Origin: Spirochaetota bacterium
Lineage (GTDB): Bacteria; Spirochaetota; UBA4802; UBA5550
Direction of reading: 5' to 3'
Assembly (NCBI GenBank): GCA_963663865.1
Contig: OY760686.1
Coordinates: 992,001 to 1,056,000 of the forward strand
Length of the DNA stretch: 64,000 bases
In this document: positions 52,469 to 62,230 of the stretch, in pieces
Layout of the letters: every line of letters starts with the position of its first letter
How positions within the stretch are numbered: position 1 is the first letter of the stretch
Made by a program: the position numbers and the translations under genes
Notes under the pieces: model-generated
The model's database searches: none
Told to the model about the DNA's origin: nothing
Seen by the model: only the letters and a program-made list of their open reading frames with translations

Positions 52469-54967
52469 TCAATCCGAATGAGTAATTTTTACAGGGCTCA
52501 CTTTCCAGATGTCCCGCGCGTATTCACTGATTGTCCGGTCTGATGAGAACTTGCCCATTCCCGCCGCGTTGAGAATTGAAAGCCTTGCCCATCTTCGTGT
52601 ATCCTGCCATGTGTCGGAGACCTCGTTTTGACAGTTGATATATGACTCATAGTCGGCGAAGAGGCAGTACTGGTCGCCGTGATAGAGAAGTGACTCCATC
52701 ACCGGTCTGAATATGTCTGGATTATCCCGTGAATATTCACCATTCCATATCTGGTCTATGACGCGCTTCAGCTCAGGGATCCGGCTATAATACGAATAGG
52801 GGTTGTAAGCGCTCTGTTTGAGGGCGCTGACCTCGTCCGCGTTCATGCCGAAGATGAAGAAGTTCTCTTTCCCGACTTCTTCAGACATCTCAACATTTGC
52901 TCCATCCATTGTTCCAATTGTCAGAGCGCCGTTTAACGACAGCTTCATGTTGCCTGTTCCGGAAGCCTCCATTCCGGCGGTCGATATCTGTTCTGAGAGA
53001 TCGGCGCCCGGAATAATCTTTTCAGCGTTGGATACAGCATAGTTTCTGAGAAAGATTATTTTTAAGAGATTTTTGGCGTCCGGATCGGAGTTAACGGTTT
53101 CTGCCACTGAATTGATCAGTTTGATTATCAGCTTGGCGATATAGTATCCGGGGGCGGCTTTCCCAGCGAAGATGATTGTTCTGGGTACAAATGCCCCGCC
53201 GGGATTGTCCTTAATGCGGTTGTAAAGGGTTGCGGCGTGGAGCAGGTTAAGAAGCTGTCTTTTGTATTCGTGAATTCTCTTTACCTGAACGTCGAACATC
53301 GATTGAGGATCGACCTTTATGCCGTTTCTGCTGTTGATGTATTCTGAAACAGTGTCCTTATTAGCCTGTTTAACCTTCATCCATTCAGTCTGAAAACCGG
53401 AGTCGTCAGCAATATCCCTCAGTTTTTTTAATTCACTCAAGTCTGTTGTCCACTTTTCACCTATCGCTTCGGTTATAAGCTCCGCGAGACGGGGATTGCA
53501 GAGCTTCAGCCAGCGGCGCTGGGTAATGCCGTTAGTTTTGTTGTTGAACTTTTCAGGATAAACTTTGTTGAATTCCGGGAATATAGTTTCCCTGATTATC
53601 CTTGTGTGCAGGGCGGCTACACCGTTTATAGAATGGCTTCCTATTATTGCGAGATTTGCCATTCTTACTTTTTTGTTTTCTCCCTCCTCAATGACAGAGA
53701 GGTTCCTTATCATCTGGTGCTCGCCGGGATATTTAGAGTACATATCTTTCAGAAAAATATCGTTAATACGGTATATTATCTGGAGATGACGCGGCAGAAC
53801 CTTTTCAATCAGGCACACAGGCCAGCGCTCAAGCGCCTCAGGAAGAACTGTGTGGTTTGTATAACCGAAGGCACGCACTGTAATGTTCCAGGCCTTATCC
53901 CAATCCATGTTTTCAATATCGACAAGCCTTCTCATCAGCTCCGGAATGGCAATGGCGGGGTGGGTGTCGTTTAGCTGAACGGCCGTTTTCTCATGAAAGT
54001 TGTCAAGGGTTGGATAGGCTTTCTTGTGTCTCCTTATTATATCCTGTATGGTTGCTGAAACGAAAAAGTATTCCTGTTTGAGCCGGAGTTCTTTCCCCTC
54101 AAAAACATTGTCGTTAGGATAAAGAACCCTCGTGATGTTTTCAGTGACGGACTTGTCCGATACCGCCTTTTCATAGTCTCCGCTGTTGAAGTAATCCAGA
54201 TTGAATTCGCGCGACGACTTTGCGGACCATAACCTGAGGTTGTTGACTGTTCCGTTCCTGTAACCCGGCACGGGCGTGTCGTAGGCCATGGCCATCACGG
54301 TCTCAGTGTTTACCCATCTGTGTCGGACGCATCCGCTGCTGTCGGTGTACTCCTCAACGTTTCCGTAAAACTCAACCGGGTAAAGATGTCCGGGCCTGGG
54401 AAACTCCCAGAAGTTGCCCAGCCTGAGCCAGTTGTCAGGCGATTCAACCTGATACCCGTCAATGATTTTCTGAAAGAAGATACCATAATCATATCTAATT
54501 CCGTAGCCTATTGAAGGTATCTCAAGTGTGGCCAGCGAGTCCATGAAGCAGGCAGCGAGACGGCCCAGGCCGCCGTTTCCAAGACCCGCGTCCCATTCCT
54601 GCTCCCTCAGCTCTTCAAGGTCGTATCCGAGTTCCTTCATCGCGTCTGCCGCTTTTCCGTACAGGCCAAGGTTAATGAGGCTGTTGCCGAGCGTCCGTCC
54701 GATGAGAAATTCAAGCGAAAGATAGTAAACCCTCTTCGCTTCTTTATTGTAATATGACTGCTGTGTGTTTATCCATTTTTCTATCAGCCTGTCCCTGACG
54801 AGAAGCGCCATGCTCGCGTAGCCATCGTGTGGTGTCACTGTGTATTCGTCTTTGGCAAGGGAATATTCGAGATGATTGACGAATGAATTTTTAATAGACT
54901 CTTTGTCGTTTCTCATGAGATCGTTGGTCGAAGGGGTGAGTGAACCTTTTAATATTTTCTCTGACAT
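52469..54967 (-). CDS. glgP: Glycogen/starch phosphorylase
   Basis: YYLSLEFL.GR, GLGNGGLGRLAACF, LNDTHP, QVKRIHEYKRQ, EASGTGNMK. Confidence 0.97.
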   Translation of the reverse strand: MSEKILKGSLTPSTNDLMRNDKESIKNSFVNHLEYSLAKDEYTVTPHDGYASMALLVRDRLIEKWINTQQSYYNKEAKRVYYLSLEFLIGRTLGNSLINLGLYGKAADAMKELGYDLEELREQEWDAGLGNGGLGRLAACFMDSLATLEIPSIGYGIRYDYGIFFQKIIDGYQVESPDNWLRLGNFWEFPRPGHLYPVEFYGNVEEYTDSSGCVRHRWVNTETVMAMAYDTPVPGYRNGTVNNLRLWSAKSSREFNLDYFNSGDYEKAVSDKSVTENITRVLYPNDNVFEGKELRLKQEYFFVSATIQDIIRRHKKAYPTLDNFHEKTAVQLNDTHPAIAIPELMRRLVDIENMDWDKAWNITVRAFGYTNHTVLPEALERWPVCLIEKVLPRHLQIIYRINDIFLKDMYSKYPGEHQMIRNLSVIEEGENKKVRMANLAIIGSHSINGVAALHTRIIRETIFPEFNKVYPEKFNNKTNGITQRRWLKLCNPRLAELITEAIGEKWTTDLSELKKLRDIADDSGFQTEWMKVKQANKDTVSEYINSRNGIKVDPQSMFDVQVKRIHEYKRQLLNLLHAATLYNRIKDNPGGAFVPRTIIFAGKAAPGYYIAKLIIKLINSVAETVNSDPDAKNLLKIIFLRNYAVSNAEKIIPGADLSEQISTAGMEASGTGNMKLSLNGALTIGTMDGANVEMSEEVGKENFFIFGMNADEVSALKQSAYNPYSYYSRIPELKRVIDQIWNGEYSRDNPDIFRPVMESLLYHGDQYCLFADYESYINCQNEVSDTWQDTRRWARLSILNAAGMGKFSSDRTISEYARDIWKVSPVKITHSD

Positions 54968-55071
54968 AAGTCCTCCCCGCAAAGGATAGCACAGTCCATT
55001 GCGGGGAAATTGTATCATTGATTTTTGCTGCTGTCAATAGGCGACTTTCACGTATTTGTAAATGCGTGATA

Positions 55072-56109
55072 TTATTCACTTTGTTTAAAGCGTATGGTTG
55101 ATGAAGTGACGGAACTTACCCCGGTGTAGAGGAAAACAAATAAAGCTGCAGCCTGTACAATGAGGATTGTTTCCGGCCGCCAGAGAGCCGCTAATCCTGA
55201 TTTTAACGAGACGGCGGCGTTCGCCGGTGACGGCATTATAAACGGCATCATCAGGTAATATGGGATAATTGAGAGGCTCATTATCTGATAGGGCGATATC
55301 ATCCCTCCGCCTCTGTAGTCAGCCCTCAGAAATTCGGAAAGAAATCTCCAGAGTTGCGTAATGCACAGCGGAACAAGAAGACCGGCGGTAAAGCTTCCGG
55401 TAATAATCAGGTGCATGCCCGATATGCCGGCTGCGGTATTAATAGCAGCTGTCAGCGCCTGTATCGGGAAAAGTCTGACACCGGAGAGGCCGCTTGCGTA
55501 GCATGCCTTTCTCGTCTCCTCGGTGAAGGTGAAGCTGAATCTGGCGAGTGCCAGAGTCTTTGCTTCCCCGGTTTTGCTTAAAGGCTTCCCGTAGCAGCAT
55601 CCGAAGCTTATGCATGACAGGCGGCCGATGCCCTCTCCGAAGGCATAGGCTGAGACCAGGACCGCAAGGGCTGGTATAGTTTGAAACAGCATTGAATCGT
55701 TCCCGAAGTGTCCCAGGACTGCCTTAATAATCCACGGAGCTGTAACAAGCCCGGCAAAGGCGCCTCCCCCAATTGTGATAGTGTTCTTCCTCCGTTCTAC
55801 TATCCTGGCAATAATTTTCACTGCCGGAATGCCCGCTGCGAGGGTAAGGGCTGTTATGAGCAGTACTCTGCCATAGGTTATGCCAAGAGAGCCCATCATA
55901 AGGAATGAGTAAGCAAGCGAGAAACCTGTACCCGCGGCGATAAAAACCCCGTAAAAGGTCAGGTTGCGTCCTTCCCAGCTTCCGTCCGTGTTTTTCTTTG
56001 CCGGCACGGCGGCCAGGAACTGCCAGCGTTCTTTTGTTAGAGTTTTGAAGAGAATCGTGTACGTCACGGTGAAAAAAAGGGCGAGTCCAGTTGTTATCAA
56101 GATTGTCAT
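55072..56109 (-). CDS. Divergent prolipoprotein diacylglyceryl transferase (Lgt)-like membrane protein
   Basis: Multiple TM helices; TFYG, GEGIGRLSCISFGCCYGKP, FPIQ, WRFLSEFLRAD. Confidence 0.8.
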   Translation of the reverse strand: MTILITTGLALFFTVTYTILFKTLTKERWQFLAAVPAKKNTDGSWEGRNLTFYGVFIAAGTGFSLAYSFLMMGSLGITYGRVLLITALTLAAGIPAVKIIARIVERRKNTITIGGGAFAGLVTAPWIIKAVLGHFGNDSMLFQTIPALAVLVSAYAFGEGIGRLSCISFGCCYGKPLSKTGEAKTLALARFSFTFTEETRKACYASGLSGVRLFPIQALTAAINTAAGISGMHLIITGSFTAGLLVPLCITQLWRFLSEFLRADYRGGGMISPYQIMSLSIIPYYLMMPFIMPSPANAAVSLKSGLAALWRPETILIVQAAALFVFLYTGVSSVTSSTIRFKQSE

Positions 56110-57119
56110 TTGCTGCTCCTGCAGGGAATTGCTTTTGCTATTTCTGTTCTTACCTTAACTTCAGTTTCAATCAGGGGCTTTCCGAAAAAGCGGGAAAAAC
56201 GGCTCATCGCGAAAGGATGATTGAGGTTGTCTATGATATCTTCGGAGAATCGTATTCGTCCTTTCTGAAACAGAACAATATCCACGGAACTTCCCGGAGA
56301 GTAGTAGCTCTTGGGCTGGCCGCGCCGAATGAACATTCCGCGCAGTACTTTCTGCGGAGACGAGTATCCTGTTTCTGAGTATGCCTGTGTTATCCTGCCG
56401 ATCATCAGGGCGGCGACCTCAATCATGGCAACATGGCCGGCCTGAGAGCCGCCGGGGACATCGGTGTTGATTATGGTAATACAGCGTCTGTTTTTCGAGT
56501 AAGAGTTCTCGATAGATATTACGGCGTGTGGATTGCATGAGTTGTAGGCCCCGCCGATTTCGTAGATGTCTTCAACAATGCCAGAGACGGGCGAGTGGTT
56601 CCAGTGGTACTTTTCCGGGGTTAGTCTGAACACAGCGAAATCGCCTCCGGAAAAGGTACGTATCCAGGTGTTTTTAAAGCCGAGAAGCTCTTCAAGGTTA
56701 AAGAATTTTTCCTTTATGAAGAGAAGCGGATTGGCTGAAAGCGAACCGGCAATTAATCTCGAATCGGCCGGAGATGATATCGACGAGCATTCGAGGTTCA
56801 TAGGCCTGAGCTCATCATATTTTATTTTACGCTCGAAAATCTTCCTCATGGTATTCATTCGCCGCGGATCATCCAGACATTCTTCAAGGTCCATTCCCAT
56901 TGACTGCATCTCCCTGAGTGAGTTCCGGGCAAAAGGACCCGCCGCGATATCATAGTTGAGTATTCCGATGATGCGGGATGTGTATGAAGATGTTACCGCT
57001 CTGAATAGAAGTCCCGGCCTCTCGCGCCTGGTGTTGTAGATCATCCTTATCATACGGTCACGGTAAAGCTTTTCTGTGCGGATAGCTCCGGTTTCCCGTT
57101 CAATATACTGGTGTATCAT
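56106..57119 (-). CDS. Phosphatidylserine decarboxylase-like pyruvoyl enzyme
   Basis: FERKIK, SPADSR, FRLTPEKYHWNHSPVSG, N.R, VAALMIGRI, candidate autocleavage site PGSS. Confidence 0.85.
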   Translation of the reverse strand: MIHQYIERETGAIRTEKLYRDRMIRMIYNTRRERPGLLFRAVTSSYTSRIIGILNYDIAAGPFARNSLREMQSMGMDLEECLDDPRRMNTMRKIFERKIKYDELRPMNLECSSISSPADSRLIAGSLSANPLLFIKEKFFNLEELLGFKNTWIRTFSGGDFAVFRLTPEKYHWNHSPVSGIVEDIYEIGGAYNSCNPHAVISIENSYSKNRRCITIINTDVPGGSQAGHVAMIEVAALMIGRITQAYSETGYSSPQKVLRGMFIRRGQPKSYYSPGSSVDIVLFQKGRIRFSEDIIDNLNHPFAMSRFSRFFGKPLIETEVKVRTEIAKAIPCRSSK

Positions 57120-59476
57120 TATTTAGCCTCTAACGCTTTTCTGAAAGATATTACGGCTGATGTAATTCGGATTAAATCCTGAACCTCTGATTCATCCGCC
57201 GTGCTGGCAGTGAACCTGCCAATCAGCCTCTTTGCCCCTTCGTGGAGGTTCTGATTTGAGCTTATGTTTTTAAGATCGGGCATGTAATTTCTCATGAAGC
57301 CGGGAGATGAGCACATCTCAGAGAGTTCGCCGAGAAGGATTTCACCAGCTTCATCAGTATTCCTTTTGGCGAGGTCATGCCGGTAGTAAAGCTCTGCGAC
57401 GTTGTTGAACGATGAGGCTGAAGTCTTCATTGGAGATGATTCGCCTGTCCGCTTGAGTATCCCCCTTGTGAGTTTCCACTCGGCTGAGCTTTCCTCCGGG
57501 AAAATAAGTCTCTGTTCAAGGTTGTTCACTGTGTCCCTCAGCTCTCTGTCTTCCAGGAGATCAGCGGCGTCTTCCCTTATTATCCTGACCAGGGCGAGCC
57601 TGTATTCACGGTTGTAAACCCTCAGGTAGCCGGGATAGCGGTTGCTGCTTCTGGTCTTCTGAGTGTATGATATAATTCTTCTGAGAAACTGGTTCGGCGT
57701 ATTCTTCTTAATGTAGAAGGTCGGAATTCCAATTGCTGAATCAAAGAATATCTGCCTTCTCTCACTTTCAATGATAGGGCCGTCAGGAATCATTTCAGGA
57801 GTTATAGTTCGATCCAGGACGTAGCGATAAGCGACTGAAGTGAGGATGAACTGAAGCGTTACAGCGGGGGCCATATCTCCAAGAAAACTTTCAAACTGGC
57901 TGTAATATCTGCCTTCAAATCCTGAGAATCCCATTTTTTGAAACTCCCTTAATTTGTAGAGAAGGTAGACTGACATCTCATTGTCAAAGATGCCCATTGT
58001 GGTCAGGTCTTTCTTCAGCCTGTCGACGTTTCCCATACTGCCGTCGAGGGCGGGGCTTTCGTCGGTGCTAAGAATCCAGGCGAAGTAGTCGACAAGCCTG
58101 TAATCGGACGTATAGTCTCCGCGTATTCTGAATGTCCTGGCTATAACGGAATCAAGGCCGTCAAGGCCGAATGGCGTTACGGAATACCCAAGTATTTTAA
58201 GGTTTGCCTTTTTCTTCCACCGCCTCCACATCATGCGCAGGTGTGTGAAGTCAAGTTCGTGCGGCAGAAATCCGAGCACCGACTCGGGGTGAAAATCCTC
58301 GAAGGCAAGCCTGTACGGGGCTGCCGAGAATGTGCCTACAAAGAGAGGAAGAAAGTGCTCCATAATTTTTATAACAAGGTCGCCGTTGAATTTTTCATTG
58401 GCCGGTCTGAAACCGGAACAGCTGTCGCCCATCAGGCTGTTGAGCGTTCTGCTTCCAAGGCTGACGTGGGTGCCGTTGTTTGCCAGGCTCACATTTGAAA
58501 TGTTTTTCAGATATGTCAGATGTCCGTAGGTAATCCCGGCCTCTCTGAGTTTAGAAATAGCGTTGAGGCTGCTGCGTGACAGGACCTGATGGCAAAGCCT
58601 CATGTAGTTATGCTTCTCTTCGCCTTTGTCCCAGCCCGAAAGGCAGGGGCTCATAAACAGCTCTCTGTAGAAGCTGTCCGGTATGATGTCATTGAGCCTT
58701 TTCTGTCTCTGCGGCGGGTGAGGCGCCAGGTATACCATTGCCTCCTGGCCGTGCTCCCGGAGTTTGAATCTCGTGTTAGCGAACTCTGTTAAAAGACGAG
58801 TTAGAAGATACCGGAGAGCGGTTTCCCTGGCCGGCGCTTTTCCGTATTTATTTCCGGGGGATATTGACGTGGTGTAGAAGGAAAATGTTTCCGGTGAAGA
58901 ATTGTCGTTCAGAAAGTGTTTCATCATCCATCGAACGTTACGCGGGCCTGTGCTTCCTGCTGAATCGCCGGCCGCGGCTGCCTCAGCAAACGCGAGCTTC
59001 AGAACGTAGCTTACCGGAAGCCTCAGAAAAACGGTTCCTTCCTTTTCTACAAAGAAGGTATCCGAGTCGGAGCGCCTCGGGCCTTTCCTGTCAGATTTGT
59101 CTCTGAGCAGATCGCAGCTGAGGATTTTCCTTGCGCCTGGAGAAAGACAGCTTTCAGGAAATCTGACCCAGCTGTTCTCCCATACACCTGACGAATTGCT
59201 GTTGACGAAATCATTAAGACGCCTGATGATTTTTCCGGGTGAATCGCCGCTTTTAGTCCGTCTTAAAAGGTTTCTGTAGTAGTTTGATTCAACGATGCTG
59301 CTGACCAGATCGGAATGTTCCCTGTCCGAAGCAACACATACCTGGAGCTCGTTCTCGACACCGGCAGTAGTGTCTGAGATGCTGAAAGGGCAGCTCTCCG
59401 GCGGGAAGCTTTTATTTGGATTTAACGGAATAATTCTTTGAACATCGCAGTTGTTCAACTGGAGCGCTTTGTTCAT
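57119..59476 (-). CDS. Large hypothetical protein, putative glutamine-synthetase/gamma-glutamylcysteine-ligase-fold carboxylate-amine ligase
   Basis: 785-aa ORF with RBS GGAGA; motifs TAGVENELQ, NGTHVSLG and LR...GFEGR in the order expected for this fold. Confidence 0.65.
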   Translation of the reverse strand: MNKALQLNNCDVQRIIPLNPNKSFPPESCPFSISDTTAGVENELQVCVASDREHSDLVSSIVESNYYRNLLRRTKSGDSPGKIIRRLNDFVNSNSSGVWENSWVRFPESCLSPGARKILSCDLLRDKSDRKGPRRSDSDTFFVEKEGTVFLRLPVSYVLKLAFAEAAAAGDSAGSTGPRNVRWMMKHFLNDNSSPETFSFYTTSISPGNKYGKAPARETALRYLLTRLLTEFANTRFKLREHGQEAMVYLAPHPPQRQKRLNDIIPDSFYRELFMSPCLSGWDKGEEKHNYMRLCHQVLSRSSLNAISKLREAGITYGHLTYLKNISNVSLANNGTHVSLGSRTLNSLMGDSCSGFRPANEKFNGDLVIKIMEHFLPLFVGTFSAAPYRLAFEDFHPESVLGFLPHELDFTHLRMMWRRWKKKANLKILGYSVTPFGLDGLDSVIARTFRIRGDYTSDYRLVDYFAWILSTDESPALDGSMGNVDRLKKDLTTMGIFDNEMSVYLLYKLREFQKMGFSGFEGRYYSQFESFLGDMAPAVTLQFILTSVAYRYVLDRTITPEMIPDGPIIESERRQIFFDSAIGIPTFYIKKNTPNQFLRRIISYTQKTRSSNRYPGYLRVYNREYRLALVRIIREDAADLLEDRELRDTVNNLEQRLIFPEESSAEWKLTRGILKRTGESSPMKTSASSFNNVAELYYRHDLAKRNTDEAGEILLGELSEMCSSPGFMRNYMPDLKNISSNQNLHEGAKRLIGRFTASTADESEVQDLIRITSAVISFRKALEAK

Positions 59477-59806
59477 ACCTGTGTATTATCTCCCATCTGT
59501 TTTTTTAAGCATATATTATTTTTACATATAAAGTGTTGGCGGAATATAAGGAATTTGTCTGGATTATGTTAAAGGTTACAGGTTTCAGGGTTTGATATTG
59601 TGAAAGTATTTTGTGTGGGCATTTTTAGAAAATTGCTGCCGAAACAGTTTTGAAGCGGAAAGATGAATTCAGAGTGTTCTTCCGGCAGGGGGAGGGTCAA
59701 GATTGTTTTTGAGGTTTTAACAGCTGAAAAATGATGTAAAATTCTTGCCCTTGGCAAACCTGAATTTAGAGTTATCCGTAGTCATTTTATATATAAGGGA
59801 AAACCA

Positions 59807-60256
59807 ATGAATCTTAGAATTAGAAAGGCAAAAGCCAATGATATATCTCACCTCTGCTCATTGCTTGCAATACTTCTTGATCAGGAAGCGGAATTCAAGC
59901 CGGACAGAGAACTTCAGGAAAGGGGTTTTAAACTGCTTCTTGCAAATCCGGAGAAAGGATTTGCCGTTATTACGGAACTTGATGGTGAAGCGGTTGCTAT
60001 GTGCACCGTCCTTATGACTATAAGTACGGCTCTGGGAGGCCCTGCAGCTGTGCTTGAGGATGTTGTCGTAAGACCGGAACATCGCGGGAAGGGAATCGGC
60101 TCAGCGATGATAAATGAGGTTAAGCGAATGATCGAAGAGGCCGGCTGTCTCAGGATAAGCCTTCTGACAGACAACGACAACGCCCGCGGTCAGAAGTTTT
60201 ACTCATCACACGGATTCACATCATCCCCCATGATTCCGATGCGTCTGATTCTGTAA
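59807..60256 (+). CDS. GNAT-family N-acetyltransferase
   Basis: LEDVVVRPEHRGKGIGS acetyl-CoA motif, N..GQKFY..HGF. Confidence 0.9.
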   Translation: MNLRIRKAKANDISHLCSLLAILLDQEAEFKPDRELQERGFKLLLANPEKGFAVITELDGEAVAMCTVLMTISTALGGPAAVLEDVVVRPEHRGKGIGSAMINEVKRMIEEAGCLRISLLTDNDNARGQKFYSSHGFTSSPMIPMRLIL

Positions 60257-60306
60257 GGCAGACAGATCCATGAAAAGCCTGGTTGCCGGCAATCCCTGCT
60301 GATGGC

Positions 60307-60480
60307 TCAGGAGCAGTTCTCTTCATCATCGGCCAGTGTGTCCGGGTCTTTCAGCTTTGATTCAATGAAGTCAATGCGCCGCTCTATTTTTCTTGAGACG
60401 GCCATTATTACGAAGCTGTTCAGACAGAGGCACAGAACAGCGACCGTGAAAAGAAGATTTGAAACTGCTTCAGAGCTCAT
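60307..60480 (-). CDS. 57-aa single-TM small protein (absent from the ORF track)
   Basis: Translated by hand: MSSEAVSNLLFTVAVLCLCLNSFVIMAVSRKIERRIDFIESKLKDPDTLADDEENCS; G-rich RBS (AAGGGGGGAAGC-ATG). Confidence 0.55.
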   Translation of the reverse strand: MSSEAVSNLLFTVAVLCLCLNSFVIMAVSRKIERRIDFIESKLKDPDTLADDEENCS

Positions 60481-60893
60481 GCTTCCCCCCTTAAAAGAAA
60501 AGTAATTTTATATAGAAATTACTCCAGAAATAAAACGCGAAAAAGCTCTACAATAGATTCCGGCAGTTGAGGGAAAAGCAGCCTGCCGTGTAAAGAAAAT
60601 ATGCTTATTAACGGCTAATCCTTTAAACCCATGATTGATCATGTCAATAACAATTCATCTTGCAGTCTGCAAATGTTTTCCGGGTGATTCCCGTTGCGCC
60701 TGACCCAAATGGAGATTTGTATTGATAATATCTGCAGGGATGTTAAAATTATGGAGGTATCAATGTGAATCTGTGAAGAAGTATTCTGACAGCAAGGCTT
60801 AAAAATTATCTCTGACTTAAATATTATATTAAGCCGGCCGCATGATGTGACGATACTAACATGATGGGGATACATATGCCCGGGAGGACTGTC

Positions 60894-62093
60894 ATGCATC
60901 GAAGAACTCTTTCTGTAGCGCTTGCCTGTGTCTTTATTTTTTCTACTATAAATATGCTGAACGCGGCTGTTCTCAAATGGGATATCCCGCTTAATAAACG
61001 TCTTGAAATGACACGCACAGCCAGGGTCAATTACTACGAGAATGACCGAATCAGACGTGTCTATGAGGAGAGAAACATAATAGATCTGACCTGTTTTTCA
61101 AGGGATGGGGACGTCAATCATGTTAAGGGCGTATTCTCCGTTTTTCATCGCGAATCCGGGCAAAGCGTTTTCAAGCTGAGGGAACAGTACATGTCGGATT
61201 TTAGCGTGTCCGCAAAAGGGCGCTTTGATGTCAGGAAGGGAATCTACATGCCTAACCTGAGGAACATCCCCACCTTTCCCGATTTCGAAGTTGGGCAGGG
61301 TTCAACCTGGAGTGCGGAAGGCCAGCTTGTGATAAACGACTTCTCGCGGCCCTTTATGCTTTCATTTCCAGTTAACTACAGGCTTGAGGAGATAAAGAAG
61401 CTCAACGGAAGCGAGATAGCCGTAATCAAGTACAGCTACGAGATAAATAATACCCTGCTCAATTCGGGCTATCCGTCCGATTTCCCTGTAAAAATTTCGG
61501 CGTCAAACAGCGGGTTGATAAACTGGGATATTACCCAGAGTTCTCCCGTCAGCATAAATGATTTTTACAATATGACTCTTGTAATGCGCGCCGGCACCGG
61601 ATTCGGGACAATGAGCTTCCGCATGAAAATCGACACGGCAAACGAAATCTACAGCCCCGTTCCGGAGAAGGAGAAGGAGCAGGCGAAGGCGGAGATCGAG
61701 AAGGCACTCCCTGAGAACAGCGGCATTGATGTAGGCCTTGATGAGCGGGGAATTGTTCTCCGGATGGGGGAGGTCCTGTTCGATTTCGATTCAGCCGGGC
61801 TGCGCGAAGACACAATGCAGACTCTTTCAAAGGTTCTTCCGGTCATAAAGAAAAAATACCCTGACAGAGAGATAATCGTAGAAGGACATACCGACAATAC
61901 CGGGGCAAAAGAATACAATTACAAGCTTTCACTTGAACGGGCTAACTCTGTTGCCGGATATCTCAGGAACGGGTTGGGGCACGACAAGTTCTCTTACAGG
62001 GGATTCGGGCCGGACCGCCCGATATCGGACAACTCCACCAGAGAGGGCAGGGGGAAGAACAGGCGCGTTGAAATAATTATTAAACTTAAGTAA
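60894..62093 (+). CDS. OmpA-family peptidoglycan-binding protein with large N-terminal domain
   Basis: Signal peptide; C-terminal LFDFDSA, VEGHTDNTG, LSLERANSV, NRRVEI. Confidence 0.9.
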   Translation: MHRRTLSVALACVFIFSTINMLNAAVLKWDIPLNKRLEMTRTARVNYYENDRIRRVYEERNIIDLTCFSRDGDVNHVKGVFSVFHRESGQSVFKLREQYMSDFSVSAKGRFDVRKGIYMPNLRNIPTFPDFEVGQGSTWSAEGQLVINDFSRPFMLSFPVNYRLEEIKKLNGSEIAVIKYSYEINNTLLNSGYPSDFPVKISASNSGLINWDITQSSPVSINDFYNMTLVMRAGTGFGTMSFRMKIDTANEIYSPVPEKEKEQAKAEIEKALPENSGIDVGLDERGIVLRMGEVLFDFDSAGLREDTMQTLSKVLPVIKKKYPDREIIVEGHTDNTGAKEYNYKLSLERANSVAGYLRNGLGHDKFSYRGFGPDRPISDNSTREGRGKNRRVEIIIKLK

Positions 62094-62230
62094 ACCGTGT
62101 CAGTGCCGTTTTTCAGGCCTACAAAACTTAAACTTATTGACAGGCTGCCTCCGGGCTGGCAAGTCTATGAACGCTCCGTGCGTTTGTACCGCTATCGCGG
62201 GGCTTTATATACCGAAAAAAGGATTCAGCC

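Noticed and set aside
60640-60730. SRP RNA or another ncRNA in the gap before the OmpA gene
   Set aside because: GGGTCAGG on the minus strand is not followed by the SRP GGAAG/AGCAG loop; no convincing structure.
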